Source: an uncultured Fibrobacterota bacterium (GTDB lineage: Bacteria > Fibrobacterota > Chitinivibrionia > Chitinivibrionales > FEN-1185). From it: a stretch of 64,000 nt of DNA. Where the stretch lies: positions 128,001 to 192,000 of the forward strand of contig CAVWBU010000049.1 in NCBI GenBank assembly GCA_963753345.1. The letters run 5' to 3'. Shown one piece after another: positions 17,656-27,769 of this stretch. The position numbers and the translations under genes are program-made. Each line of letters begins with the position of its first letter. The stretch's first letter is position 1. The notes beneath the pieces were generated by a model. That model was given only the letters and a program-made list of their open reading frames with translations, was not told the DNA's origin and ran no database searches.

Positions 17656-18589
17656 CGTCTATCATGTCCCCGTGCTCCTGGCAGAGAGCATGGAGGCCCT
17701 TGCCGTAAAGCCCGACGGCACGTACCTCGACGCGACGGCGGGGGGCGGCGGACACCTGAGAGAAATACTGGCAAGACTTGATAAAAAAGGAACTGCAATC
17801 GGTATCGACCGGGACCCGGACGCAATCGCATGGCTCGGCGCGCACAGCGCGCACAGGGAACACGGTGCAGCGGCCCTTATTCTGGAACAATGCCCTTTTT
17901 CGCGATTCGACACGGTTCTGTCACATCACGGCATCGGCGCCGTCGACGGCATGCTGCTCGATCTTGGCGTGTCGTCGCATCAGATTGACACACAGGAACG
18001 CGGATTTTCGTACATGAAGCAATCCGACCTCGACATGCGCATGGATCCCGCCTCCGGCATGAGCGCCGCGGATTTCTGCGCGTCGGCGAGCGAGAAGGAA
18101 CTCGCGCGCGTTCTTGCCGACTTCGGGGAAATCACCAACCCGCTCCGCATGGCCCGCGCCATCAAGGGATGCGCACAGCGCCGTCCGCTCCGGACGTCGG
18201 GTGACCTGGTATACTGTCTGAGAAATGAATACGGCGTCTCGTTTCCGGTCAAGGTGATTGCAAAGGTGTTCCAGGCGCTGAGGATAGCCGTGAACGGCGA
18301 GCTTGACGAACTGGCCGCTTGCCTTGCCGCGGCACTATCAAAAGTCAAGCATGGCGGCAGGATCGTGGTAATTTCGTACCATTCGCTCGAAGACAGAATC
18401 GTCAAGAATTTTTTCCGCGACAATGAGCAGGGATGCGTGTGCCCGCCCGTGCTGAAAAAGTGCATGTGCGGCAGAAAAATATTGCTTAAGCGCCTAAACA
18501 AAAAAGTGATAATTCCGTCGGCGGCCGAGGTTGCACGCAACCCGCGCGCGCGTAGCGCGCGCCTGCGCGCCGCCGAGATGGTTGCTTAA
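17642..18589 (+). CDS. rsmH: 16S rRNA m4C1402 methyltransferase
   Basis: HVPVLL, DATAGGGGH, DLGVSSHQID, FQALRIAVN, SYHSLEDRIVK and NPRARSARLR motifs; start inferred at TTG 17642. Confidence 0.96.
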   Translation: MSADDVYHVPVLLAESMEALAVKPDGTYLDATAGGGGHLREILARLDKKGTAIGIDRDPDAIAWLGAHSAHREHGAAALILEQCPFSRFDTVLSHHGIGAVDGMLLDLGVSSHQIDTQERGFSYMKQSDLDMRMDPASGMSAADFCASASEKELARVLADFGEITNPLRMARAIKGCAQRRPLRTSGDLVYCLRNEYGVSFPVKVIAKVFQALRIAVNGELDELAACLAAALSKVKHGGRIVVISYHSLEDRIVKNFFRDNEQGCVCPPVLKKCMCGRKILLKRLNKKVIIPSAAEVARNPRARSARLRAAEMVA

Positions 18590-18608
18590 CACAAGGGAAT
18601 TTTACGCC

Positions 18609-19028
18609 ATGAACAACCGCCCCGACAAAAAGGCTTCCGGGAAACACGGCGGCGCGCAGGCGGCCGCCCCGGTGCTGCGGCTGCGGGAACTTGCCGTTGG
18701 CGTCGCGATCATCGCGCTGCTCATCGCGTGGCCGCTGCTCATGGTGTCGAGGCAGATCTTCATCACTAACCTCTCGGTGCGGGAGAGCGCGCTCGCCGAC
18801 AGCCTTGCCGACGTCGGGCGGCAATGCGCGGCCCAGCGGCTTTACAACGAAAAGCTGTCGAGCACGGCGCGCATTGAGTCGATCATGCGCGAGCACCGCG
18901 GTCTCGAGTATCCGTCGGCCGCCCGGATCATCGTGCTGCGCGAGCCGAAAGAGAGCGCTCCCGGCGGGCGGGCGACACGGGATTTTATCGCGATTATCAA
19001 GAAACCTTTTGTCCGGGAGAAGGGGTAG
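18609..19028 (+). CDS. FtsL-like cell division protein
   Basis: Single TM helix plus coiled coil ending LSSTARIESI; lies between rsmH and ftsI. Confidence 0.65.
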   Translation: MNNRPDKKASGKHGGAQAAAPVLRLRELAVGVAIIALLIAWPLLMVSRQIFITNLSVRESALADSLADVGRQCAAQRLYNEKLSSTARIESIMREHRGLEYPSAARIIVLREPKESAPGGRATRDFIAIIKKPFVREKG

Positions 19029-19033
19029 ACGCC

Positions 19034-21019
19034 ATGTTCAGGGCTCGGGCGTATTTCGTTGCCTGTCTGCTTGCTGCGCTCGGCCTGGGAATCGTTGCCC
19101 GGCTGTTTTACATCCAGATCGTGCACGGCAGTGAATATGCGCAGGAAAGCAGGAGACAGGCGCAGCAGCGCGTGTTGCTTTACGCGAAACGCGGCGACCT
19201 GCTCGACCGAAAGGGCCGTGTCCTGGCGACAACCGGGAGCCAGCTCACGCTCGACGCAACCCTGCTTGCGGCGCAGAACGGCCCCGAGCAGCCCGATTCG
19301 GCTGAGGGCCGGGTGCTGCTCCGGCGGGTGTATCCCTACGGCGATGCCGCGGGCGCGGTGCTCGGCTACGTGGGAAAAGACGGGTACGGCCTCGGCGGCG
19401 CGGAGTTCGTTTTTGACAAGTACCTTCGCGGCGAGAGCGGCTGGGCGATCGTGATGCGCGACGGCCGCAACCGCAGATACCCAACGCTCGACCTTCCGCG
19501 AAAGCAGCCCGAAACCGGCGGCAATGTGTACCTCACCATCGATATCGACGTCCAGAAGATCGCCGAGAACGTGATCCGGCAGACGGTGAATTCCCTGAAT
19601 GCAAAAGGCGCCATGTGCATCGTGATGGAGCCGGCAACGGGCAGGATCCTCGCCATGGTGAACGAGCCGGAGTTCAACCCCAACATGCCCGCACGGTACG
19701 CGCTCGACGCGCGGCTTAACAAGTGCATAGGGTACACCTACGAGCCGGGCTCCACCTTCAAGGCCGTGACCGCCGCCTGCGCCCTCCAGGAAGGCGTAAA
19801 AAAGGAAACGGACATCATCGATGGGAATCACGGCGTGTACGAAATCTTCGACGAGAAGATTCGCGACGAGAAGCCGTACGGAAAGCTGACGTTCTCCGAA
19901 GCGCTCAGCTATTCGAGCAACGTGTGCTTCGCCAAGGTGGCAAACGACATCGGCAACGAGCGGCTTTACAAATACGCACGCGATTTCGGGTTCGGCACCC
20001 GGTGCGGCATCATGCTGCCCGGCGAGGAAAGCGGCGTGGTGCATCCCATCGAGAAGTGGTCGGGTCGCACGCGCGTGACCATGGCGATAGGCCAGGAGGT
20101 GAGCGTGACCCTCCTCCAGATGTCGCTGCTCTTTGCAGCCGTTGCGGACGGCGGCGTCCTCGTGGAGCCGCGCATTCTGGAAGCGGTGCGTTCCCAAGAC
20201 GGCGCGGTTGTCGACAGCGGGGAATACCGGCCGCTGCGGCGGGTGATCGGGGAGGATGTGGCGAAGCGGCTGACGGCCATGCTGTGCGACGTGGTCCGCA
20301 GGGGAACGGGCGTCAAGGCGGCGATCAACGGCGTCACCGTCGCGGGAAAGACCGGCACGGCGCAGAAATTCGACAAGGAGACGGGGTCGTACTCAAACAC
20401 GCGCCAATGGTCATCGTTTATCGGATTCGCGCCGGCCGACCGGCCGCTTCTTTTGTGCGCTGTGGTCATCGACGAGCCGCTGCATGCGGAGATGGGCGGC
20501 GTTGCTGCGGCGCCCGCCTTCCAGAAAATAATGAGCCAGATCATTTCGCATCCTCAACTCGAGTTCGCGGAGAAAATCCTCGGAACGCCCGGCGTCGCAC
20601 TAGCGGCCATCCCGGCCGCCGGGACGGCGGTGCCCGAGTGCACCGGATTGCCTTCCGACAAGGCCGCTTCCCTGTTGACTTCAGAGAATATCCCGTTTGA
20701 AATCGTGGGCGGCGGAAAGGGCACTATTGCGTTTCAGGAACCACGGCCCCAAACTCCGCTCGGCGCTGGGCAGAAACTGATGCTGTATACCACGAATCCC
20801 GGCGTAACCGGACGCGCGGCCGACAACGTCGCCGTGCCCAATTGCACGGGCAAGGACCTGCGCGACGCCGTGAACGCCATGAACCTGAAGGGCCTTTCCC
20901 CCTATGTGATAGGCGCGGGCCTCGTGGCGAGACAGAGTCCTGCGGGAGGCAAATTCGTTCATCGTGCCGAGGCGTGCACGCTTGTGTGCTCGTTCGGCGA
21001 ACCGGCGAAGAAGCTGTAG
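19034..21019 (+). CDS. ftsI: Class B penicillin-binding protein with two PASTA domains
   Basis: EPGSTFK (SxxK), SSN and KTGTAQK motifs; C-terminal VPxCTG PASTA repeats. Confidence 0.93.
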   Translation: MFRARAYFVACLLAALGLGIVARLFYIQIVHGSEYAQESRRQAQQRVLLYAKRGDLLDRKGRVLATTGSQLTLDATLLAAQNGPEQPDSAEGRVLLRRVYPYGDAAGAVLGYVGKDGYGLGGAEFVFDKYLRGESGWAIVMRDGRNRRYPTLDLPRKQPETGGNVYLTIDIDVQKIAENVIRQTVNSLNAKGAMCIVMEPATGRILAMVNEPEFNPNMPARYALDARLNKCIGYTYEPGSTFKAVTAACALQEGVKKETDIIDGNHGVYEIFDEKIRDEKPYGKLTFSEALSYSSNVCFAKVANDIGNERLYKYARDFGFGTRCGIMLPGEESGVVHPIEKWSGRTRVTMAIGQEVSVTLLQMSLLFAAVADGGVLVEPRILEAVRSQDGAVVDSGEYRPLRRVIGEDVAKRLTAMLCDVVRRGTGVKAAINGVTVAGKTGTAQKFDKETGSYSNTRQWSSFIGFAPADRPLLLCAVVIDEPLHAEMGGVAAAPAFQKIMSQIISHPQLEFAEKILGTPGVALAAIPAAGTAVPECTGLPSDKAASLLTSENIPFEIVGGGKGTIAFQEPRPQTPLGAGQKLMLYTTNPGVTGRAADNVAVPNCTGKDLRDAVNAMNLKGLSPYVIGAGLVARQSPAGGKFVHRAEACTLVCSFGEPAKKL

Positions 21020-21040
21020 AAAACGCGAATCGGGGGATTT

Positions 21041-21265
21041 GTGGCAGACGACTTGAAGCGGTTCATGGAAGCGGAAATTTGCATGATGAAGCGTGACATA
21101 GGGTATTGCCGCGACAAGAGCTCGGAATATTTCACCAGAAAGGCAATCGAGTGGATCGAAAAAAACTCGGCCGGGTTCAGGGTGGAATGGGAGAGGAAGA
21201 AACGGATAGAAACGGCCAAAAAATGCGGCGTGCGGAGAAAAGCGGTTGTGTATGACGTGGAATGA
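21041..21265 (+). CDS. Small hypothetical protein inserted in the dcw cluster
   Basis: GTG start after GGGGGA; fills the ftsI-murE gap and overlaps the murE start; AIEWIEKNSAGFRVEW motif. Confidence 0.55.
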   Translation: MADDLKRFMEAEICMMKRDIGYCRDKSSEYFTRKAIEWIEKNSAGFRVEWERKKRIETAKKCGVRRKAVVYDVE

Positions 21266-22730
21266 GCTGAAGATGCGGCTTGCGGTGAAATCAGCCGGGG
21301 GAGAGGCAAACCCCGCCATCGCCGACGTCACCGGTGATTCCCGGGCCGCGTCACCGGGCGCGTTGTTCGTGAGCATCCCGGGGTTCCGCGTGGACGGCGA
21401 CCGTTTCATCCGGAGCGCAATTGACAAAGGCGCATGCGCGGTGCTGTCCGAAAAGCCCCAGCCCTGGTGCCCCGTGCCCTGGGCGCAGATCGACAACACG
21501 AGAAAAACTCTCGGCATCGTGAGCAGAATGGTGTACGGAATAGATTTGTCGGACGTCACTATGACGGCCATCACCGGCACCAACGGCAAGACCACCACGG
21601 CGCATCTGTTCCGTTCGCTCTTGTCGCAGCAATACGATGCGAGCAGGGTGTGGATGTTCGGCACCATCAAGTATGTGGCTGCGGGCACTTCACAGGAAGC
21701 GCACAACACTACGCCTGAGGCGGCGGAAATTTTCCGCAAGATCCGGACCGCTTCCGAAAAGCCGAAGGCCGTGGTGATGGAAGTGTCGTCACATTCGCTT
21801 TCGCTCGACCGCGTGTCGGGCCTCGAGTTCGATTGCGCGGTCTTCACCAACCTCACGCAGGACCACCTTGACTTCCACGAAACCATGGAAAACTACTATC
21901 AGGCGAAGAAGCTATTGTTTGCGGGTTACCTCAAGGCAAACGGCGCAAGCGTGATAAACATCGACGATCCGTGGGGCGCGCGGCTGTCACAGGAGCTTGA
22001 TGGAACAAAAGTCGTCACCTTTGGAAAAAACGCGGCCGCCGATCTGCGCATCACGGGTTGGGAATGCTCGTGGGACCGGACCTCGGTGTCGCTTTCCGTG
22101 GCAGGCGCGCCGGTTTCGTATTCGTCGAAGCTGGCGGGGTTCTTCAACGTGTACAACATGACCGCCCTCGTTGCGGGCGCGCACGCGCTCGGCATGCCGC
22201 CGGACGCAATGCGGCGCTGCTTCGATGCGGTGGACACCGTGGCGGGCCGCATGGACCGGGTGCCGCTCGACGCGCCGTTTTCGGTGTTCGTGGACTACGC
22301 CCACACGCCAGACGCACTTGTCAATGTGCTCTCAACAGCCAAGGACCTCACCGCGGGAAGGCTCATCTGCGTGTTCGGGTGCGGCGGCGACCGCGACACA
22401 AAGAAGCGGCCCCTCATGGCGCAGGCGGTGGCCGAAAACGCCGACGAGGCCGTGGTGACCTCTGATAATCCGCGCAGCGAGGACCCTCACGCGATTCTGA
22501 GGGACGTGCTTGCCGGAATGCCGCTGGATTTTCCCCATACGGTGATCGCCGACCGCAGGGAGGCGATCCGCAAGGCGCTTAAGATCGCCAGGGCCGGTGA
22601 CTGCGTGGTGGTGGCGGGCAAGGGGCACGAGAGCTATCAGGAAGTGAAGGGCGTGCGTTATCATTTCGATGACAAAGAGGAAATCGTGAAAGCGTACAGG
22701 GAGATAAAGGCAGATGCAGTTAAGCGTTGA
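21252..22730 (+). CDS. murE: UDP-MurNAc-tripeptide synthetase (meso-DAP type)
   Basis: TGTNGKTTT, MEVSSH, DYAHTPDAL, CGGDRD, DNPR (mDAP specificity motif), AGKGHE. Confidence 0.96.
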   Translation: MTWNELKMRLAVKSAGGEANPAIADVTGDSRAASPGALFVSIPGFRVDGDRFIRSAIDKGACAVLSEKPQPWCPVPWAQIDNTRKTLGIVSRMVYGIDLSDVTMTAITGTNGKTTTAHLFRSLLSQQYDASRVWMFGTIKYVAAGTSQEAHNTTPEAAEIFRKIRTASEKPKAVVMEVSSHSLSLDRVSGLEFDCAVFTNLTQDHLDFHETMENYYQAKKLLFAGYLKANGASVINIDDPWGARLSQELDGTKVVTFGKNAAADLRITGWECSWDRTSVSLSVAGAPVSYSSKLAGFFNVYNMTALVAGAHALGMPPDAMRRCFDAVDTVAGRMDRVPLDAPFSVFVDYAHTPDALVNVLSTAKDLTAGRLICVFGCGGDRDTKKRPLMAQAVAENADEAVVTSDNPRSEDPHAILRDVLAGMPLDFPHTVIADRREAIRKALKIARAGDCVVVAGKGHESYQEVKGVRYHFDDKEEIVKAYREIKADAVKR

Positions 22731-25521
22731 ACAGAAAAATTCCGGCCTCACGCTCGGCGCTTTCGCCGCCTACAGCGGCGGCGAAACATCGCTGCCCGCT
22801 TCGGCGCTTGACCGGCCGCTCGGTCTCGTGTGGAATGATTCGAGAAAAGTGGGCCCTGGCGATGTGCTTGTTGCCATCGAAACCGAGACGGACGACGGTC
22901 ATAAGTACGTGAGCAAGGCATTTGACCAGGGAGCGGCTGCAGCGCTTGTTTCAAAAAAGAAAATCTCCATGATCCCCGAATCCGTCCGTGAAAAGCTGAT
23001 TATGGTTGCCGATCCCCTGAAGTCTCTTCAGAGGATCGCCTCGAAATACCGCGCGACCCTTTCCTGCGGCATGGTAGGGCTCACCGGAAGCTCGGGCAAG
23101 ACAACGGCGCGCTCTTTTATTTCGGCTGTCCTACGCAAATCACTTGACGTAAGCGAAACACAGGGGAACTGGAACAATCACATCGGCGTGCCGCTGTGCC
23201 TTTTGCGCTTTACGGGAAAGGAAAATGCCGGCGTGCTGGAGATGGGGGCAAACCATTCGCGCGAGATCCACACCCTGTCGAAAATGGTGAGGCCCGACAT
23301 CGGCATCATCATGAACATCGGGTACGCGCACATCGGGTATTTCGGATCGCTTGCAAACATCGCGAAGGCGAAATTCGAGATCGTTGACGGCATGAAAAGA
23401 AGCGGCACGCTCCTGCTCAACGGCGACGACCCGCTCCTGGTGAAGAAGGCGACAACGGTGAAGATGAACGTCGAGTTCTTCGGCACAGCGAAACGCTGCG
23501 CCGTGCGCGCCGAAAACGTGCGGCTCACCGGCGACGGGCGCACCGCGTTCGTTGTTGACGGAGAAGAATACAAGCTACCCATGCCCGGCAGGCACTTTGT
23601 GTATTCGGCGCTTGCGGCCATCGCCGTTGCGCGGCGGTTCAATGTTGACAAAGGCCGCATCAACGCGGCGTTTTCGGCGCTTGCACCCGGCCCCCTGCGC
23701 GGCACCATAGAGAAGAAAGCGGGCGCCACGTTCGTGGTCGATTGCTACAATGCGAACCCTTCGTCGATGAAGAGCGGCATCGAGCTTCTCGGCGAGGTCG
23801 CGGGAAAAAGTCCGAAAGTCGCCATTGTGGGCGACATGCTCGAACTTGGAAAATTTGCTCCGCGGCTTCATACTGCGCTCGGCAGGCATCTTGCCGCGGC
23901 GCGCGTCCGGCGCATTCTTGCGGTCGGCGAATATGCGTCGGCAGTTGCAAGGGGCGCGGCCGCGGGCGGCGTGGCCCGGAAAAACATCGTGACCGCGCCC
24001 GACAGTTCTTCCGCCGCGCCGATTGCGCAAAAAATGGTAAGGGCCGGCGACGTGGTCCTGCTCAAGGGGTCGCGCGGCGTCCATCTCGAAACCGTGTATG
24101 AGGGAATCGGCGCGGCCGAGAAAACCGCTGCGATTCCGAGGCCCGTTTCCTATCCAAGGTCGTACGTTCCGCGGCGCGCCTCCATTATCGGCGCGGCAAG
24201 GAGCGGCATCGGCGCGGCAAGATTCCTTAAAAGTAAAGGCACGGAGGTATTTGTGAGCGACACATGTACGGCGGAGAAACTTGACAGGGTGCTTGCCGAC
24301 GGCGGACTGACCGGCGTTGCCCGTGAAGCGGGCGTTCACACGGCGGCCGTGCTTGACGCCGACGTGATCGTGCTGTCGCCCGGCGTGCGGTCCGACCTGG
24401 CGGTGCTTGTGGAGGCCGGGCGCAGGGGCATTCCGGTGTGGTCCGAGGTGGAACTCGCCTACAGGTTTACGGGTGCGAAATTCCTTGCCGTCACCGGGTC
24501 AAGCGGGAAAAGCACGACCGTCAGCATGCTCGGCGCGGTCATGGCGGCGGCGGGAACACCGCATGCCATGGCGGGAAACATCGGGATTCCGCTGGTGGAG
24601 GTGATCGATTCCGTTCCCGCCGACGGTTTTGTGGTTGCCGAGATTTCAAGCTTTCAGCTCGAAACCATCGATCTGTTCAGGCCGCAGGCCGCCGCCGTGC
24701 TCAACTTCACCAAGAACCATCTCGACCGCTACGGCAGTGAAGAGGCCTACTACAACGCCAAGAAGGAAATCGCCAGGAACTTCACCTTTGACAACCATCT
24801 CGTGCTGAACAGCCGCGATCCCCGGCTCGTGGCATGGGCAAAGGAAATGAGCGCCAGAACCAATGTCGTCTTCTTCGGCGCGCAGGTAAGGGGCCGCGAC
24901 TGCGTGTGGCACCGCGACGGCGTCGTGTGGGCCACCATGAACGGCGCAACCCGCGCCGTTTTCGAAACCGCGGCCATGCATTTGAGCGGCCCGCACAATT
25001 ACGACAATGCCTGCGCCGCTGCCGCGCTTGCGATGGCGGCCGGCGTCGGCGACGAGGCGATTGCTCAGGGAGTGTGCGGGTTCAAGGGGCTTCCGCACCG
25101 CCTGCAATACGTTGACGAAATCGGCGGCGTGAAATTTTACGACGATTCCAAGGCGACGACGGCCGAGTCGGTGCTGTGCGCCGTCACCGCGTTCGCGAGA
25201 AACGTGCACCTCATCGCCGGCGGACGCGACAAGGGCTGCGACTTCTCTATCGTCAAGGACGCCATCCGCATGCGCTCGAAGGGCGTTTATCTTATCGGCG
25301 AGGCGGCCGCGAGAATCTCCCGCGAATGGGAAGGCCTGGCGCCGCAGGAGACATTCGATTCGCTGGAAACGGCCATGCGCGCGGCCCTGCGGAACGCGAA
25401 ACCCGGCGAGGTTGTGGTCCTGTCGCCCGGGTGTTCGAGTTTCGACATGTTCGAGAACTACGAAAAGCGCGGTGAGGCGTTCGCCGCAATCGTGCGCACG
25501 CTCAAGCAGGAGGCGCGGTGA
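22714..25521 (+). CDS. murF/murD: MurF-MurD fusion protein
   Basis: N-terminal half: TGSSGKTT, GNWNNHIGVP, DCYNANPSSM, GDMLELG, LKGSRG (MurF). C-terminal half: IIGAARSG, SPGV, GNIGIPL, EISSFQLE, DDSKAT, SPGCSSFDMF (MurD). No stop between them. Confidence 0.9.
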   Translation: MQLSVEQKNSGLTLGAFAAYSGGETSLPASALDRPLGLVWNDSRKVGPGDVLVAIETETDDGHKYVSKAFDQGAAAALVSKKKISMIPESVREKLIMVADPLKSLQRIASKYRATLSCGMVGLTGSSGKTTARSFISAVLRKSLDVSETQGNWNNHIGVPLCLLRFTGKENAGVLEMGANHSREIHTLSKMVRPDIGIIMNIGYAHIGYFGSLANIAKAKFEIVDGMKRSGTLLLNGDDPLLVKKATTVKMNVEFFGTAKRCAVRAENVRLTGDGRTAFVVDGEEYKLPMPGRHFVYSALAAIAVARRFNVDKGRINAAFSALAPGPLRGTIEKKAGATFVVDCYNANPSSMKSGIELLGEVAGKSPKVAIVGDMLELGKFAPRLHTALGRHLAAARVRRILAVGEYASAVARGAAAGGVARKNIVTAPDSSSAAPIAQKMVRAGDVVLLKGSRGVHLETVYEGIGAAEKTAAIPRPVSYPRSYVPRRASIIGAARSGIGAARFLKSKGTEVFVSDTCTAEKLDRVLADGGLTGVAREAGVHTAAVLDADVIVLSPGVRSDLAVLVEAGRRGIPVWSEVELAYRFTGAKFLAVTGSSGKSTTVSMLGAVMAAAGTPHAMAGNIGIPLVEVIDSVPADGFVVAEISSFQLETIDLFRPQAAAVLNFTKNHLDRYGSEEAYYNAKKEIARNFTFDNHLVLNSRDPRLVAWAKEMSARTNVVFFGAQVRGRDCVWHRDGVVWATMNGATRAVFETAAMHLSGPHNYDNACAAAALAMAAGVGDEAIAQGVCGFKGLPHRLQYVDEIGGVKFYDDSKATTAESVLCAVTAFARNVHLIAGGRDKGCDFSIVKDAIRMRSKGVYLIGEAAARISREWEGLAPQETFDSLETAMRAALRNAKPGEVVVLSPGCSSFDMFENYEKRGEAFAAIVRTLKQEAR

Positions 25522-26672
25522 AAACGAAGCTGTCGCGCATCGACTTCGGGCTGCTCGCCGCCGTGCTCGTTATGGTCGGGGTGAGCATCGTGATGGTGTA
25601 CAGCGCGTCGTTCGCAGTCGCGCAGAGCAAGTACGGCGGCGCCGATTTCTTCCTGATGCGCCAGGCGGTGCGGGCCGGCCTCGCGCTCGGGTGCTTCATG
25701 GTGTTCATCAACGTGGATTACCACTTCTGGGGAAAACAGAGCGCCATCGCCTACGCGGCGGTCATCGTGATGCTGGTGTACGTGATGGTGGCGCCCGCTG
25801 CACGCGCTATTCACGGCGCGCGGCGGTGGATATCCCTCGGGTTCGTCCAGTTTCAGGTGTCGGAACTCGCGCTTCTGGTCCTCGTGGCGATGCTGGCGAC
25901 GCAGCTCGCGAACGACGGCGAGGAAGTGAAGGACGGCAAGAAGTTCATGGGATATCTTGTCAAGATTGGAATCGTGTGCGGGCTTATCGGCCTGGAACCG
26001 AATTTCTCCACGGCCGCGCTGGTGGGGTTTTTGGGGATCTGCCTCGTTTTCGCGGCGGGCGCGCGCCTGTCGCACCTCGCGTTGCTGTGCGGCGCTGCGG
26101 TGCCGCTGGCCGTTGTCGCCGCGTTCGGCGCAGGATACCGCAGGCACAGGATACTTGCGTTCCTTCACACATCGGACCACAGGGGAGACATCGGGTACCA
26201 GGCGTACCAAGCGCTTATCGGGCTGGGAAACGGCGGGCTGTTCGGCGTGGGCATAGGCCAGGGCGGCCAGAAGTACTTCTACCTGCCCGAGCCGCACACC
26301 GATTTCGTGTTCTCCATCCTCGGCGAGGAACTGGGCTTCGCGGGGGCGGTGATGGTTCTCCTGCTGTTCGCGTTTATTGTGTATTGCGGAATAAGAATCG
26401 CGCTGAACGCGCCCGACAAGATGGGACAGCTTATGGCGTTCGGGTTCACCTTTGTCCTGGCGATTTACGTATTGATACACGCGGCTGTCAACGTGGGCCT
26501 TGTCCCCACCACCGGCATACCGATGCCGTTTTTGAGCTACGGCGGCATGAGCCTTTTGTTCACCATGAGCAGCATGGGAATACTCCTCAATATTTCGAGC
26601 CAGGCGGGACAATCGTACCGGATGCCGGCGGTGAAACCGTATCGGCCGCTCCATGCCGCCGGGAGAGCGTAG
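25518..26672 (+). CDS. ftsW: SEDS peptidoglycan polymerase FtsW
   Basis: GARRWI, FQVSE, YLPEPHTDFVF and MPFLSYGG motifs; multiple TM helices. Confidence 0.95.
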   Translation: MKTKLSRIDFGLLAAVLVMVGVSIVMVYSASFAVAQSKYGGADFFLMRQAVRAGLALGCFMVFINVDYHFWGKQSAIAYAAVIVMLVYVMVAPAARAIHGARRWISLGFVQFQVSELALLVLVAMLATQLANDGEEVKDGKKFMGYLVKIGIVCGLIGLEPNFSTAALVGFLGICLVFAAGARLSHLALLCGAAVPLAVVAAFGAGYRRHRILAFLHTSDHRGDIGYQAYQALIGLGNGGLFGVGIGQGGQKYFYLPEPHTDFVFSILGEELGFAGAVMVLLLFAFIVYCGIRIALNAPDKMGQLMAFGFTFVLAIYVLIHAAVNVGLVPTTGIPMPFLSYGGMSLLFTMSSMGILLNISSQAGQSYRMPAVKPYRPLHAAGRA

Positions 26673-26673
26673 C

Positions 26674-27769
26674 GTGAACGCAACGGCAACAACAATCGTG
26701 GTGGCGGCGGGCGGAACAGGCGGCCACATTTTTCCGGCGCTCAGCGTGGCGCTCGAGCTGCAAAAGAGGCGGCCCGCGCCGGCGCTTCTGTGGGTGGGCA
26801 CGGGCCGGAGCAGGGAAAAGGAACTGTGTGATGCAAACGGTATTCCGATTATGATTCTTGACGTTGAGGGAATCCGCCGATCCCTGAGCCTCGCCGCGAT
26901 GCGCGCCGCGTTCAGGTTTGTGGCCGCACTTTTTCGCATGTTGTCGCTGTTCGGAAAGTCAAGGCCGCAGGCGGTGGTGGCGTTCGGCGGGTACGTGTGC
27001 GCTCCCGTGCTCGGCGCGGCGCGCTTAAGACGGGTGCCGTATTTCCTGCAGGAGCAGAACACCGTTCCCGGGCTTGTGAACCGGTTTTTCGCAAAGGGCG
27101 CGCGCCGGGCGTTTCTGGGACTGCCGCTTGCAAACGGGCGGACATTGGGCTGCGCGAGCGAAGTGACGGGCACGCCGGTGCGCGTCAGGGCGACATCGTA
27201 CGAAAGGTTCGGCTATCCCGCGGGGTTTTCGAAAACGAAGACGACGGTGCTCATCTGCGGCGGGAGCCAGGGCGCGCAGTCGATGAACGACGCGCTTATC
27301 GCGGTTGTCAAGAAATGGGCGGCGTCGGGCATTCAGGTGGTGTGGCAGACGGGCGCGGCGTCGGTTGAAGCGATTAAAGCGGCATTTGTCAATAACGAAA
27401 GCGTGTTTGTGTTTTCCACGCTCGCCGACCTGTACCCGTACTACGCGGCGGCCCGCGTGGTGGTCGGCAGGGCCGGAGCGTCCACGCTCGCCGAAGCGAG
27501 CCTGTTCGGACTGCCCGCGGTGCTGGTGCCGCTGCCCTGGGCGGCAGAGAATCACCAGTGGTTCAACGCCGGTCTTGCGCAGGAGCAGGGGTGGGCGATC
27601 CGCATTGCGCAAGACAGCGGCACCGGTGCGAATGTGGAGAAAGCAATGGAGAAAATATTGTCGGATAAGAATACCTACGACGCCATGCGCGCCCGGGCGT
27701 TTGAGAACAGCCCTGCGCAGGCGGCGGCTAAGCATTGTCGGCACGGTTGCCAAGGAACTCGGCGTATGA
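26674..27769 (+). CDS. murG: MurG glycosyltransferase (apparent +1 insertion near 27730 fuses it to murC)
   Basis: GGTGGHIFPA, GGYV, EQN, GGSQGA and RAGAST motifs; a natural C-terminus SIVGTVAKELGV-TGA lies in the +1 frame and ends at 27769. Confidence 0.9.
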
